Below are positions 10,342-20,103 of a stretch of 64,000 bases of DNA, piece after piece; position 1 is the stretch's first letter; the number at the start of each line of letters is the position of its first letter. Under the pieces are notes generated by a model, which saw only the letters and a program-made list of their open reading frames with translations, made no database searches and was not told where the DNA came from. The DNA is from Gemmatimonadaceae bacterium (lineage in GTDB: Bacteria > Gemmatimonadota > Gemmatimonadetes > Gemmatimonadales > Gemmatimonadaceae), in NCBI GenBank assembly GCA_033763905.1, contig JANRJP010000044.1, positions 15,437 to 79,436 on the forward strand, in the 5' to 3' direction. The translations under genes and the position numbers were made by a program.

Positions 10342-10893
10342 ATGCCGCCACGACGCGCTGCTGCACACGACGCCCTCCTGCGCACGCTGCGCGAAAGATT
10401 CGACGCCCACCCCGAGCGGCACGACGGCGTGCGCTGGGACGATGTCGTCACGCGACTCACCGCCACCCCAGCGGCGCTGGCCACCCTGGCGGCAATGGAA
10501 GAGACCGGTGGTGAGCCCGATGTCATCGGTCGGGACGCGCGCGGGGTCATCACGTTCTGCGATTGTGCGGCCGAGAGCCCAGCGGGGCGACGCAGTCTGT
10601 GCTTTGATCGCCCGGCCCTCGACGCACGCAAGGAGAACAAGCCCAAGGGATCGGCCCTCGAGATGGCCGCCACGATCGGCATCACCCTGCTCGACGAGTC
10701 TGCGTACCGTCACCTCCAGACGCTCGGCCTCTTCGACCGGAAGACCTCGAGCTGGATCCAGACGCCGCCCGCCATCCGGAAACTCGGCGGCGCGCTCTTC
10801 GGGGATCGACGCTACGACCACGTATTCACCTACCACAACGGCGCCGAGTCGTACTACGCCGCGCGGGGCTTCCGGGGGCTGCTCCGCGTCTAG
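10342..10893 (+). CDS. DUF4256 domain protein
   Basis: MEETGGEPDV, DCAAESPAGRRSLCFD, KTSSW and YHNGAESYYAARGFRG motifs. Confidence 0.85.
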   Translation: MPPRRAAAHDALLRTLRERFDAHPERHDGVRWDDVVTRLTATPAALATLAAMEETGGEPDVIGRDARGVITFCDCAAESPAGRRSLCFDRPALDARKENKPKGSALEMAATIGITLLDESAYRHLQTLGLFDRKTSSWIQTPPAIRKLGGALFGDRRYDHVFTYHNGAESYYAARGFRGLLRV

Positions 10894-10899
10894 CGGTCA

Positions 10900-10939
10900 A
10901 TGCCGACGAGGCGACGGAGCAGCGTCGCTGCCTCGGCAT
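10900..10939. terminator. Stem-loop between convergent genes, possible terminator
   Basis: ATGCCGA..GCGACG-loop-CGTCGC..TCGGCAT just after the DUF4256 stop. There is no U-tract. Confidence 0.4.
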
Positions 10940-11058
10940 CGGCCGGACACCACGAGGCTGTGGTTGGTGATTGATTGCGCCGCTGGTGTATCTGCTCGTC
11001 CGAAAGCCGCGCGCGTGACTCGACCCACGCGCGCGGCTCGCACCAACGGGTGTCCGGG

Positions 11059-11832
11059 TTACTGTTGCAGAATCATCGGCGCCTTGCCGTCGGTGATGAT
11101 CACCTTCGCATTCGGCGACTTCGCCAATTCACGGAAGGCTTCGATCGACCGGAACTGGATGATCAGCGGCGAGAGCCCTTCGCCCAGCACCTTCTGCGCG
11201 TCGCGCTGCCCGCCAGCTTCAATCAGCTTGCGCTCGGCTTCCTGCTTCTCGCGCTGCAGGACGAATTGCATTCGCAGGGCGTCCTGCTCGGCTTCGAGCT
11301 TCTCTTCGATCGCACGCGCCAAGCCCTGCGGCAGCGTGATGCTCTTGAGCAGCACACTCTCGACGATGAAGCCGCGCCCCTCGAGCAACTGCATCATCTG
11401 ATCGCGGATGGCCTTTTCGATCACCACCCGTTCGCCGGAGTGCAGGTCCTTCGCGTAGAAACGCGCGCTCACGTCGGCGGCCGCCGCGCGGAAGACCGGA
11501 ATGATGACGACTTCCTCGTAGTCCGCTCCGGACTTGGCCAAAATCTCGCCGGCGTTCTTGGCATCGATGCGATACAGGATCGAGATGTCCGCCTGCACGT
11601 TCACGCCTTCCTTCGCGGGGAGCGAGAGCCGCACTTCACGGTTGATCGTGCGGGCCGGCAGCTTGATGACGCTCTGGAAGCCCGGGAAGAACCCGATCGC
11701 GCCGGGATTCCGCGGCTGCGGATCAATCCGACCGAGCGTGCGCTTGATGCCGACCTGGTCCTGTCGGACCACGGCGCAGCCGGTCAGTAGCGGAACAGCG
11801 ACGAGCAGGGCGAGCGGGCTGTAGCGGGACAT
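11059..11832 (-). CDS. SPFH/prohibitin family lipoprotein
   Basis: Lipobox LLTGC, LPAKEGVNVQADISILY, AIEEKLEAEQ coiled region and ELAKSPNAKVII. Confidence 0.85.
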   Translation of the reverse strand: MSRYSPLALLVAVPLLTGCAVVRQDQVGIKRTLGRIDPQPRNPGAIGFFPGFQSVIKLPARTINREVRLSLPAKEGVNVQADISILYRIDAKNAGEILAKSGADYEEVVIIPVFRAAAADVSARFYAKDLHSGERVVIEKAIRDQMMQLLEGRGFIVESVLLKSITLPQGLARAIEEKLEAEQDALRMQFVLQREKQEAERKLIEAGGQRDAQKVLGEGLSPLIIQFRSIEAFRELAKSPNAKVIITDGKAPMILQQ

Positions 11833-11860
11833 CTGGGGGGCCCTCCGGAGAAGTGGGAAT

Positions 11861-11891
11861 AAATCGAAGTATTCGTCGAATACACCGATTT
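11861..11891. promoter_or_regulatory. 31-bp AT-rich inverted repeat, candidate operator
   Basis: AAATCG-aa-GTATTCG-t-CGAATAC-ac-CGATTT, about 30 bp upstream of the SPFH start. Confidence 0.5.
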
Positions 11892-11956
11892 TCTACCCTA
11901 CCCGATCGGGGAGGTTCCGGGGCCGTCTTGGCCCGGTCCGTTCGATGGGTCGCCGA

Positions 11957-14347
11957 CTAGGGTCGCCCCAGGGAATCCCGCAGCGCCACGTACCGCCGCT
12001 GCTCCCGGAGCGGCGCCAGCACCGGATGCGGCAGGACCTGCAGCAGGGTGTTGTCCCGGAGGGCCACCGCCCGCTCGAGCAGCCCCAACGCCGCGGCCGT
12101 ATCGCCGAGCGACATCTCCACCAGCGCGGTGAGCGACGGCAGGGCCCGGCGATCGTTGAAGGCGGCAAATGCACGCCCCGCCGCCCGTGCCTCCGCCGCC
12201 GCCGCCGGCGCCGGCGCGCGGTCGCCGCCCAAGACGTCGATCCAGCCTCGGCAATACGCCGGCGCACCGAAGGCCTCCTCGCAAATCGCTTTGGCGTCCG
12301 CCGCGCGTCCCGCCAGCGCGTACGCCGCCGTCATCCCGCGCAGAAAGGCCCGGTTCCCCGGACTCAGCGCCAAGGCCCGCTCGTTGGACGCCACGGCGCT
12401 GTCGGCCATCCCGCGCGCCCAGTACCACCACATCCGCTGATGCCAGACGATGGCTGCGAGGTTGTCGAGCCGCTTCGCGCGCTCCAACGCCCGGCCGGCC
12501 TCGTCCACGTTACCGAGTCCCATCAACACTTCGAAGCGCAGCACCCAGGCACTGAACTCGCTCGGATCGATCCTCGTGGCGCTGTCAAGTAGCGCAAGCG
12601 CCGGCCGCAGCCGAAGATCCGCTTCCGTCAGCACCCGCGCGCGCGCCACCAGTGCCGCGGGATTTCGCGCGTCCAGCGCCACCGCGCGCTCCGACGCGCG
12701 TCGCGCGGCCTCGTGCAGCGCGGCGCGCGTTGCGGTGGAGTCGAAATACACATAGCGGAGCAACAGGGCGTCCGAGAGCCCTGCCCACGCCCGTGCAAAC
12801 GTGGAATCGCGCGCGATCGCACGCGTGAACTCCTGCTCGGCGCGCCGGATGTTCGCCAAGCCCCGAGCGCGGAGCAGATGCCGCCCCAGCACTTCGGCGT
12901 CCCGCGCCTCGGCGTCGCGCGTCTCGGGCCGATACAGCCCGGCGCGCTCGGAGGTCCCGAGTTCCACCGACAGCCCGTCGGCGACGCGCGCGGCCACATC
13001 CGCTTGGACGCGGAACACGTCACCACTGGGCTCTTCGATTGCGTCGCAACAGGTCTGCGCCCCCGTCTCCACATCCACGAGGGCGGGCAGAATCCGGACG
13101 CGGGCGAGGCCGCTCCCCTGCTTTGCCCATTGCACGGACCCGGTGAGCACCCAGCGCGCCCCCAACGCACGCGCGACTTCACGTGGCGTCAGGCGGTCCG
13201 TGCGCGGCACCTGCGTGCTGGCGCGCCCGAGCACCTGCACCCCGGGCACCCGGGCGAGGGTGCCGGCGATCTCATCCGTGACACCGGCCGCGAAATACGC
13301 CTCGGACGAATCGCCCAGATTCTCGAACGGCAACACCGCGATCGTTGGGGTCGGTGCCACCGGCGCGTGCGTGTAGCGCCACACACCGACGAAGCCCGCG
13401 ATGCTCACCACCGCCGCGAGCGCGACCGCGCCAATTCCTGCCCGACCGCGCGCGGCGCGTGGCGCGTTGGTCCCATCACCGCCAGCGTGTCCACCCGACG
13501 GCGACGCGACCGCGGCCGACACCGCCGCGAGCAGCGCGGTGCCGTCGGCCGGGCGCGCGTCGGCCGACTTGGCCAGCGCCTGCAGCACGACGCGCGCGAG
13601 GGCGTGCGGCACCGACGGCGGCAACGGCGCGGGCGCCTCCTGCACGTGGGCACCCACCAGCGCCGCCGCGCCCTGGTGATGCGCAAAGGGATGTCGGCCG
13701 GCGAGGACTTCGTACGCGACGACGCCCCAGGCGTAGACATCGCTGCGCGCGTCGACCGTCTCGCCGAGGGCTTGCTCCGGCGCCATATACGCCGGCGTGC
13801 CCAGACTGATGCCCGCGTCGGTCAGCGTCGCCGCACGATCGCTGCCGGCATCGCCGACGCGCGCATCGGCCAGGGCCTTCGCAATGCCGAAGTCGGTGAC
13901 CACCGCCGCGCCGCCCGAGAGCAGAATGTTCTCCGGCTTGATGTCGCGGTGCACCACCCCGTGCTGGTGCGCGTAGGCCAGGGCGCGCGCCACATCGCGA
14001 AGCAGATCGATCGCCGTCGACGATGCGATCGGCCCGCGCGTCAGTAGATCGCGCAGGGACAGCCCGTCGACAAAGGGCATCACGTAGTACGGCGTCCCCA
14101 GCGCATCGCCGGCGGCGAGTACGGGGACGATGTTGGCTTGCTGCAAGCGCGCCGTGGTCTGCACTTCGCGCGCGAATCGTTCGGCAGACACGACACCGCT
14201 CGCGCCGGCCTTGAGCAACTTGATCACCACATCGCGGCCGAGCGTGATGTCACTCGCTCGGAACACGCGGGACATCCCGCCGCCGGTCAGTTCGGTGTCG
14301 AGGCGGTAGGTCGGCTGCAGCGCAGCGGCAAGCGCGTCATCGGTCAC
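11957..14347 (-). CDS. Ser/Thr protein kinase with TM, TolB-like and TPR domains
   Basis: GGGMSRVF, VVIK, HRDIKPEN, DFGIA and GTPAYMAPEQ, then a TM helix, IAVLPFENL and a helical TPR-like tail. Confidence 0.9.
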   Translation of the reverse strand: MTDDALAAALQPTYRLDTELTGGGMSRVFRASDITLGRDVVIKLLKAGASGVVSAERFAREVQTTARLQQANIVPVLAAGDALGTPYYVMPFVDGLSLRDLLTRGPIASSTAIDLLRDVARALAYAHQHGVVHRDIKPENILLSGGAAVVTDFGIAKALADARVGDAGSDRAATLTDAGISLGTPAYMAPEQALGETVDARSDVYAWGVVAYEVLAGRHPFAHHQGAAALVGAHVQEAPAPLPPSVPHALARVVLQALAKSADARPADGTALLAAVSAAVASPSGGHAGGDGTNAPRAARGRAGIGAVALAAVVSIAGFVGVWRYTHAPVAPTPTIAVLPFENLGDSSEAYFAAGVTDEIAGTLARVPGVQVLGRASTQVPRTDRLTPREVARALGARWVLTGSVQWAKQGSGLARVRILPALVDVETGAQTCCDAIEEPSGDVFRVQADVAARVADGLSVELGTSERAGLYRPETRDAEARDAEVLGRHLLRARGLANIRRAEQEFTRAIARDSTFARAWAGLSDALLLRYVYFDSTATRAALHEAARRASERAVALDARNPAALVARARVLTEADLRLRPALALLDSATRIDPSEFSAWVLRFEVLMGLGNVDEAGRALERAKRLDNLAAIVWHQRMWWYWARGMADSAVASNERALALSPGNRAFLRGMTAAYALAGRAADAKAICEEAFGAPAYCRGWIDVLGGDRAPAPAAAAEARAAGRAFAAFNDRRALPSLTALVEMSLGDTAAALGLLERAVALRDNTLLQVLPHPVLAPLREQRRYVALRDSLGRP

Positions 14348-14440
14348 GGCGCGGAAACTAGCCCGGCGCGCCCCGGTCGGTCATCCGGCAGGTGCCCCGC
14401 CCGATCGCGCATCGCGACCTGGAGGGGACGTCGCGGGCGT

Positions 14441-14779
14441 TCAGACGAGCGCGAGCGGGCCGTGGTCGTCGCAGTGGGCCCCGTGCGCGTGATGCAGGTG
14501 GCCGTCGACGAGATAGTCGATGTGATCACCGTGCGGCACCGCGGCGTGGCCGCAGGTCGGGCCGTGGACGTGACCGGCCTCGTGGCCCGAACACGTATGG
14601 TCCGGCGTGCAGGCCGCCGGGTTCGTGCTCGAGACGGGGATCACGTGTTCTTCGACGGCCGTCGCCGACTGATGATGCAGGTGTCCGTCGTGGAGGTAGT
14701 CCACGTGCCCATCGTGTCGAACGGCGACGTGGCCGCAATTGGCACCGTGGGTGTGGCTGTGGTTCGCGTGCGTGGTCAT
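14441..14779 (-). CDS. His/Cys-rich small metal-binding protein with internal duplication
   Basis: 112 aa with 25 His and 5 Cys. Two copies of HxHGxxCGHxAVxHxxHxDYLxDGHLHH. Confidence 0.75.
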   Translation of the reverse strand: MTTHANHSHTHGANCGHVAVRHDGHVDYLHDGHLHHQSATAVEEHVIPVSSTNPAACTPDHTCSGHEAGHVHGPTCGHAAVPHGDHIDYLVDGHLHHAHGAHCDDHGPLALV

Positions 14780-14793
14780 CGGTGTGCCTCGGA

Positions 14794-15165
14794 TCAGGGA
14801 GTCCGCGCCGCCGAGTGGTCGGCGTGGTCGAGCACGGCGAGCAACAGGCTCGCCACGTGGCCATCGGCAAGGGCGTAATGGATGTGCTTCCCATCGCGTC
14901 GCGAGACGACGAGCCCCTCGGTCCGCAGTCGGCCGAGGCGTTGTGAGACGGCGGGCATCGGGTCGCCGGTGACCGCCACCAAGTCCGACACGCACCGCTC
15001 TCCGCTGCTCAGCACTTCGAGCAGCCGCAGTCGCGCGGGGTCGCCGGCGGCGCGGAGCATTCCCGACGCCCGCGCGATGGCCATGGCAGGCCGCAGCGGC
15101 GGAACGGCGGGATGCTGGTGATCCGCCGGATCGCAGCCGGGGCGTGAGGTCGGACGATTCTTCAT
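14794..15165 (-). CDS. ArsR/SmtB family metalloregulator
   Basis: GDPARLRLL, ERCVSDL, AVSQRL and RRDGKHIHYAL. Alpha5 site DxH-x10-Hx2H (DGHVASLLLAVLDHADH). Confidence 0.88.
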   Translation of the reverse strand: MKNRPTSRPGCDPADHQHPAVPPLRPAMAIARASGMLRAAGDPARLRLLEVLSSGERCVSDLVAVTGDPMPAVSQRLGRLRTEGLVVSRRDGKHIHYALADGHVASLLLAVLDHADHSAARTP

Positions 15166-15274
15166 TTCAAGAACTATGCAACTGTAGGCGCATCCCCGCC
15201 TGTCAGGGGACCCCTGATTCGGCTGCTCCGATGTCGACGCTGTAGTTTCGCGATACCCACTTCCACCTCGACGA

Positions 15275-16594
15275 ATGCCTTCGATGCTCCGTTCGATCGC
15301 CCGAGCCGCGATGCTCGGCACCCCGTTGCTCACCGCGTCGGTGCGCGCCGCCGCGCAGGCGCCCACGCCCGCGCCCACCGCCGCCCATCGCGCCCTGGCC
15401 GAACGCGTGCTCAAGTCCACCGCGTTGATCGACGGGCATAACGACCTGCCGTGGGCCATTCGTAACGCGGTCACTCCCCGAGATATCGAGGCATACGACC
15501 TCCGCAAAAAGACCGCCGGACATACCGATTTGGCGCGCCTCGCGGCCGGTCGGGTCGGCGCGCAGTTCTGGTCGGTGTACATCCCCGGCGAGATTCGCGA
15601 CTCGGGCTTCGCCCGCGTCCAGCTCGAGCAGATCGACATCGCCCGCCGCGTCATTGCCAAGTATCCCGAGCGGCTCGAGTTCGTGACGACCGCCGCCGGC
15701 ATCCGTCGCGCGTTCGCGGCCGGCAAGATCGGGTCGCTGCTCGGGATGGAAGGCGGCCACGCGATCGAGAACTCGCTCGGCTCGCTCCGCGCGTTCTACG
15801 ACTTGGGCGTGCGCTATATGACGCTCACGCACAACGTGCACCTCGACTGGGCCGACGCGGCCGCGGGCGCGCCGCGCCTCGGTGGGCTGTCGCCGTTCGG
15901 CAAGGAAGTCGTCCGAGAGATGAACCGGCTCGGGATGCTCGTCGACCTGTCGCACGTCTCGCCCGGCGTGATGAGCGACGCGCTCACCGTGAGCGAAGCC
16001 CCGGTGATTTTTTCGCACTCCAATGCGCGCGCGGTCACGGACGTCGGCCGCAACGTGCCGGACTCGATTCTCGTGCGCCTCAAGCAGAACGGCGGCGTGG
16101 TGATGGCCACGTTCGTCCCCGGCTTTGCCTCGCGCCGCATTGCGGAGCACAACGCACGCCGCGCGGCCGCGAACGCCGAGATTCGCGCGCGTCTCGCCAG
16201 TGACTCGGCGGCCATCCGTCGCGAGATCGCCGCCTGGGCCGCCGCCAATCCGGCCCCGCGCGCCGTGCTCGCCGATGTGGCTGACCACCTCGATCACATC
16301 AAGCGCGTCGCCGGGCCCGACCACGTCGGCATCGGCGGCGACTTCGACGGGATCGACACTGTCGTGGAAGGCCTCGAGGATGTGTCGACCTACCCGGCCT
16401 TGTTCGCCGAGCTCGCGCGCCGCGGCTGGACCGAGCGGGAGCTCAAGCAGCTGGCAGGTGAAAACGTCTTGCGCGTGCTGGCTGGCGCCGAAGCCGTCGC
16501 CCGTCGCCTGCAGAAGTCCCGTCCGGCGTCGACCGCGACCATCTCGCAGTTGGATCCCGCCGGCGCCGCCAAGGCACCGGGCTCGCCGCGCTAA
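15275..16594 (+). CDS. Membrane dipeptidase (peptidase M19), secreted
   Basis: Signal peptide, IDGHNDLPW, GAQFWSVY, GMEGGH, DLSHVS, FSHS and GIGGDFDG motifs. Confidence 0.9.
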   Translation: MPSMLRSIARAAMLGTPLLTASVRAAAQAPTPAPTAAHRALAERVLKSTALIDGHNDLPWAIRNAVTPRDIEAYDLRKKTAGHTDLARLAAGRVGAQFWSVYIPGEIRDSGFARVQLEQIDIARRVIAKYPERLEFVTTAAGIRRAFAAGKIGSLLGMEGGHAIENSLGSLRAFYDLGVRYMTLTHNVHLDWADAAAGAPRLGGLSPFGKEVVREMNRLGMLVDLSHVSPGVMSDALTVSEAPVIFSHSNARAVTDVGRNVPDSILVRLKQNGGVVMATFVPGFASRRIAEHNARRAAANAEIRARLASDSAAIRREIAAWAAANPAPRAVLADVADHLDHIKRVAGPDHVGIGGDFDGIDTVVEGLEDVSTYPALFAELARRGWTERELKQLAGENVLRVLAGAEAVARRLQKSRPASTATISQLDPAGAAKAPGSPR

Positions 16595-16595
16595 C

Positions 16596-17195
16596 TCACG
16601 CGGCGGGTGGGGATGGTGGCGTTCGACGGCTCCACGCGAACGCCACCATCCCGATCGACACGACGGCACCCACCGTGACATCGCTCAGCCAGTGCGCTTC
16701 GGCCAGCACGCGGCTCAAGCCACAGCCCGTCGCGAGCGCATACCACACCCAGCGACCCTCCGGAAAGATCCGCGCCAGCGCCGCCGCTGCACCGAACGCC
16801 ACCATCGTGTGGCTCGACGGCAAACCAAGCCCAGACGTGCTCCACAGCCGGTCGTCGAAGGCGCGGAAGACATAGTCAGCGCCGATGGCACCGGGCCGCT
16901 CGCGACGAAAGATGAGCTTGAGCACCTCCGCCGCCGCGCCGGTCGCGATCGGCGCGAGCGCTAGCCACGCGGCGCGACGTCCACCCCGGGCAGCGGCGCG
17001 GTCGTGGAGCCAGAGCGCCAGCGCCGCCAGCAACCACGTCGGCACGTAGCCCATCACCCGCAGCAACCGGCCGAAGTCCCCGTCGTAAATGCGCGGTCGC
17101 ACCAGCGTCGCGCGGGCCCAGGGGTCGAGCAGCAGCGCGGCGATAATCGCCACTGCGGCGAGTCCCAAGGCCATCCAGAGTCGAGTGCGAGGCAT
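16596..17195 (-). CDS. PAP2 family membrane phosphatase
   Basis: KLIFRRERP, PSSH and SRVLAEAHWLSDV motifs with TM segments. Confidence 0.85.
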   Translation of the reverse strand: MPRTRLWMALGLAAVAIIAALLLDPWARATLVRPRIYDGDFGRLLRVMGYVPTWLLAALALWLHDRAAARGGRRAAWLALAPIATGAAAEVLKLIFRRERPGAIGADYVFRAFDDRLWSTSGLGLPSSHTMVAFGAAAALARIFPEGRWVWYALATGCGLSRVLAEAHWLSDVTVGAVVSIGMVAFAWSRRTPPSPPAA

Positions 17196-17285
17196 CGCGA
17201 CAAAACTACACGCGGCGCTCGATGTGGCGCCGCCTGAGGCCGATCGCACCCGTGACAAGCGCGATTCGGCCGGTATTCTACCCTG

Positions 17286-18161
17286 ATGCGACTCGCGCTG
17301 ACTCCGCTCCTGCTGGTGGCCGCCGTGGCCCCAGCGCTGGCACAGACCACCCCGGCCTCCACCGCCGCGACGCCCCCGGATCTCGCGACCGCGCGCGCCA
17401 ATTACGAACGCGACCCCGCGCCGCTCGACCACATCATCTGGTACGGCCGACGCATCGCCTACACCGGGGCCTTCGACCAAGCCATCGCGATCTACTCCGA
17501 AGGCCTGCGCCGTTACCCAGACGAACCACACCTGCTGCGGCATCGCGGCCATCGGTATCTGTCGGTGCGCCAGTACGACCTCGCGCTCGCCGATCTGCGT
17601 CGCGCCTACGAGGTCACGCGCGGCACGCCTGATGAAGTGGAGCCCGACGGACAGCCCAACGCCCGCGGCATTCCCACGAGCACGCTACAGTCGAACATCC
17701 GCTATCACCTCGCGCTGGCGCATTTCCTCCGCCGCGAGTTCCCCGCGGCCGCCGCGCTGTGGCGCGAAGACGCCGCGGCCGCCAAGAATCTCGACCAGCG
17801 CGTCGCCGCGACGTACTGGTGGGTGCTGTCCCTCGCTCGGGCCGGGGACCGGCGCGGTGCGCAACGCGCGCTCGCGCCGATTCGCGCGGACTGGGACATC
17901 ATCGAGAACGGGAGCTATCACGCCCTGCTGCTGTGGATGAAGGGCGACCGCACGCGGGCACAACTGGACGCGTCGATGTCCACGCCGCTCGAGCGGCAAA
18001 CCATTGGCAACGGCATTGCGCAGTGGTCCTTCGCTACCGGCGATCGGGCCGCGGCCGTGGCCGCGCTTACGCCCCTGTTGGCGGCTGGCCCGAGCGCGAG
18101 CTTCGGCTACCTCGCCGCCGAAGCCTTGGCCGCCGACCTCGGGGTGACGCCGAACCGATGA
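17286..18161 (+). CDS. Secreted TPR-like repeat protein
   Basis: Signal peptide ending ALA-Q and TPR-like helices (AIAIYSEGLRRYP, LALADLRRA, YHLALAHF). Confidence 0.7.
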   Translation: MRLALTPLLLVAAVAPALAQTTPASTAATPPDLATARANYERDPAPLDHIIWYGRRIAYTGAFDQAIAIYSEGLRRYPDEPHLLRHRGHRYLSVRQYDLALADLRRAYEVTRGTPDEVEPDGQPNARGIPTSTLQSNIRYHLALAHFLRREFPAAAALWREDAAAAKNLDQRVAATYWWVLSLARAGDRRGAQRALAPIRADWDIIENGSYHALLLWMKGDRTRAQLDASMSTPLERQTIGNGIAQWSFATGDRAAAVAALTPLLAAGPSASFGYLAAEALAADLGVTPNR

Positions 18162-18583
18162 CCGACGAAGACGCGTATCACGAGATCTGCGCGTATACGC
18201 TTACGCTCGGCGACGCCGCCTTCATTCACCAGCACGTAGTTGATGCGTGGGCGGCACAACAGGCGACGTCCGCGAGCAAACCGATCAAGGTCTGCTTCGC
18301 CGTGCTTGGCCTCTACCTGCACGCCGAACACGGGTTCACCGGTCGCGAGGTGCAACTGGCGCATATGCATCTGGCGCGGGCCCCAGAGGCGTGGCCAGTG
18401 GGGCCGCTCCCGAGCGCGCGCGGCGACATCACCGCACTGCAGGTGCTTGCCGCCCCACCCGGCGCGGCACGCGACGCGATGATCTCGGCGTGGGCCGGGG
18501 CGGTGTGGTCGGCGTACCTCGACCACCGCCCCGCGATCGATGCGATGCTGCGTCGGCGCGGTGTGCTGAGAACCCACAGCTAA
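18158..18583 (+). CDS. DUF5946-like protein
   Basis: FIHQHVVDAWAAQ and LYLHAEHGFTGREVQLAHM. ATGA overlap with the upstream gene. Confidence 0.7.
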   Translation: MTDEDAYHEICAYTLTLGDAAFIHQHVVDAWAAQQATSASKPIKVCFAVLGLYLHAEHGFTGREVQLAHMHLARAPEAWPVGPLPSARGDITALQVLAAPPGAARDAMISAWAGAVWSAYLDHRPAIDAMLRRRGVLRTHS

Positions 18584-18604
18584 GCGGGCCGACTCCGACG
18601 CTCC

Positions 18605-19498
18605 CTACGGCAGCGCGAGGTGTTGGCGCAGGAATGCGCTCGCCCAGTTCACGTAGTCCGACATCGGCGTCCAGTACCCGTGCGGCGCGCCGGTCAGTGT
18701 GCGGAGATCGACGCTGACGCCCACCGCCTGCGCGCGGTCGCGAATCGTGGTCGACTGCGAGTACGGCACGGTCTGATCGTTGGTGCCGTGAATGAGCAGC
18801 ATCGGCGCCTCGCCCGCCTCGACCTCATTGGGATTCAGCATCCCGCCCCAGAAGCTGATGACGGCGCGCACGGACGAGGACTGCCCCGGCGTGCCGCTGT
18901 TCCCTTCCCCCTCGTAGTACGTGGCGCCCAAGGCGGTGTAACCGCCCGCCGAGCCGCCGCCAATGGCAATCCGTGTCGGATCGATGCGGTACGTCGTCGC
19001 GTTCGCACGCATCCAGCGCACCGCAGCCTTCGCGTCATCCAGTGCGTCGCGGATGGTGCCCGCTTCATCGGCGGCGACCTGCGCGCTGGTGCGCAAGCGG
19101 TACGACAGCGACGCCGTCACGAAGCCGCGCCGAGCAAGCCGCGTGGCGAGGTCGACGATGTTGGGGTCATTCCGGTTGCCGGAGACGAACCCACCGCCGT
19201 GAATCAGCAGCAGCACCGGGCGCGCCGACGCGGTATCGCCAGCCGGCGTGAACAGATCCAGCCGGAGTGCCGCCGGCGCCGAGGCCCCGAACGGGATCGA
19301 CGCACCGTACTCGACATTGCGGGTCGCATCGACCGTCGGGAACAGATCCGACACATAGCGTCCCGGCTCCGACGGCGGCGTGGGGGCCGCCGGATCCACC
19401 GGTGCGGGAGGGGCGTCGCTCGAACACGCCGCGAGCCCAACGGCCAGCGCGGCGGCCACGCGGCGTGGCCAGGAGGGGAGCACAGAGAAGCGCATCAT
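18605..19498 (-). CDS. Alpha/beta hydrolase (carboxylesterase) lipoprotein
   Basis: Lipobox LAAC, IHGGGF, GGSAGG, IHGTNDQTV and C-terminal His. Confidence 0.85.
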   Translation of the reverse strand: MMRFSVLPSWPRRVAAALAVGLAACSSDAPPAPVDPAAPTPPSEPGRYVSDLFPTVDATRNVEYGASIPFGASAPAALRLDLFTPAGDTASARPVLLLIHGGGFVSGNRNDPNIVDLATRLARRGFVTASLSYRLRTSAQVAADEAGTIRDALDDAKAAVRWMRANATTYRIDPTRIAIGGGSAGGYTALGATYYEGEGNSGTPGQSSSVRAVISFWGGMLNPNEVEAGEAPMLLIHGTNDQTVPYSQSTTIRDRAQAVGVSVDLRTLTGAPHGYWTPMSDYVNWASAFLRQHLALP

Positions 19499-19665
19499 CG
19501 TGGCCATACAATGTGAAACGGCGGCCGAGACGTGCCGTGACCGGGGCCACAGTCGGGCCCGATGGCGTGCGGAGCTCGTTTCGTGGCTGGCGGCACTATC
19601 ACATCCGGAAAACGCTCGCGCCGCCGTCGGCGTGATGCCGCCGCCTCGACCGGAGCACATACTTT

Positions 19666-20091
19666 GTGATGTTGTTCCCCCCACAGCCGCCGGCCCCTCC
19701 CTCCTGGCCTCCCGTGCGTCCTCGACACGGCGTCACGCTGCTCGAACTGATGGTCGTGCTCGTCATTCTCGGGCTTGCCGCTGCGGTGGTCGCGCCGGCG
19801 TTCGGATCGTTGCGAGCGGAGCCCGACACCGCGTCCGCATTTGCCATCGCCAAGGCGCACGCCACGCGACGAGGCGATCCGCTGCGCTTGTCGCTGGACG
19901 CGTCGGGCCGCTGGCAGCTCAGTGCCCACGGCGACACGACCGCCACCGCAATCGCCCAAGGAGCCGACACGAGCGGTGTCGCCGGCGAGTGGTTGATCTC
20001 GCCCGCCGGCCACTGCCTACCGCTCCGCTCGGCCAGCCTGCCCAGCACGGCAGCGGTGTGGGATCCGATCCGCTGTGTGGCGGCCCGCTGA
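19666..20091 (+). CDS. gspH: Type II secretion minor pseudopilin (GspH-like)
   Basis: RHG|VTLLELMVVLVILG prepilin motif and first position in the gsp cluster. Start is uncertain. Confidence 0.7.
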   Translation: MMLFPPQPPAPPSWPPVRPRHGVTLLELMVVLVILGLAAAVVAPAFGSLRAEPDTASAFAIAKAHATRRGDPLRLSLDASGRWQLSAHGDTTATAIAQGADTSGVAGEWLISPAGHCLPLRSASLPSTAAVWDPIRCVAAR

Positions 20092-20103
20092 GCAGGCTAC
20101 ACG

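Noticed and set aside
15166..15195. ATGC..GCAT as an ArsR operator
   Set aside because: Symmetry is too weak and the spacing does not match SmtB/CzrA-type boxes.
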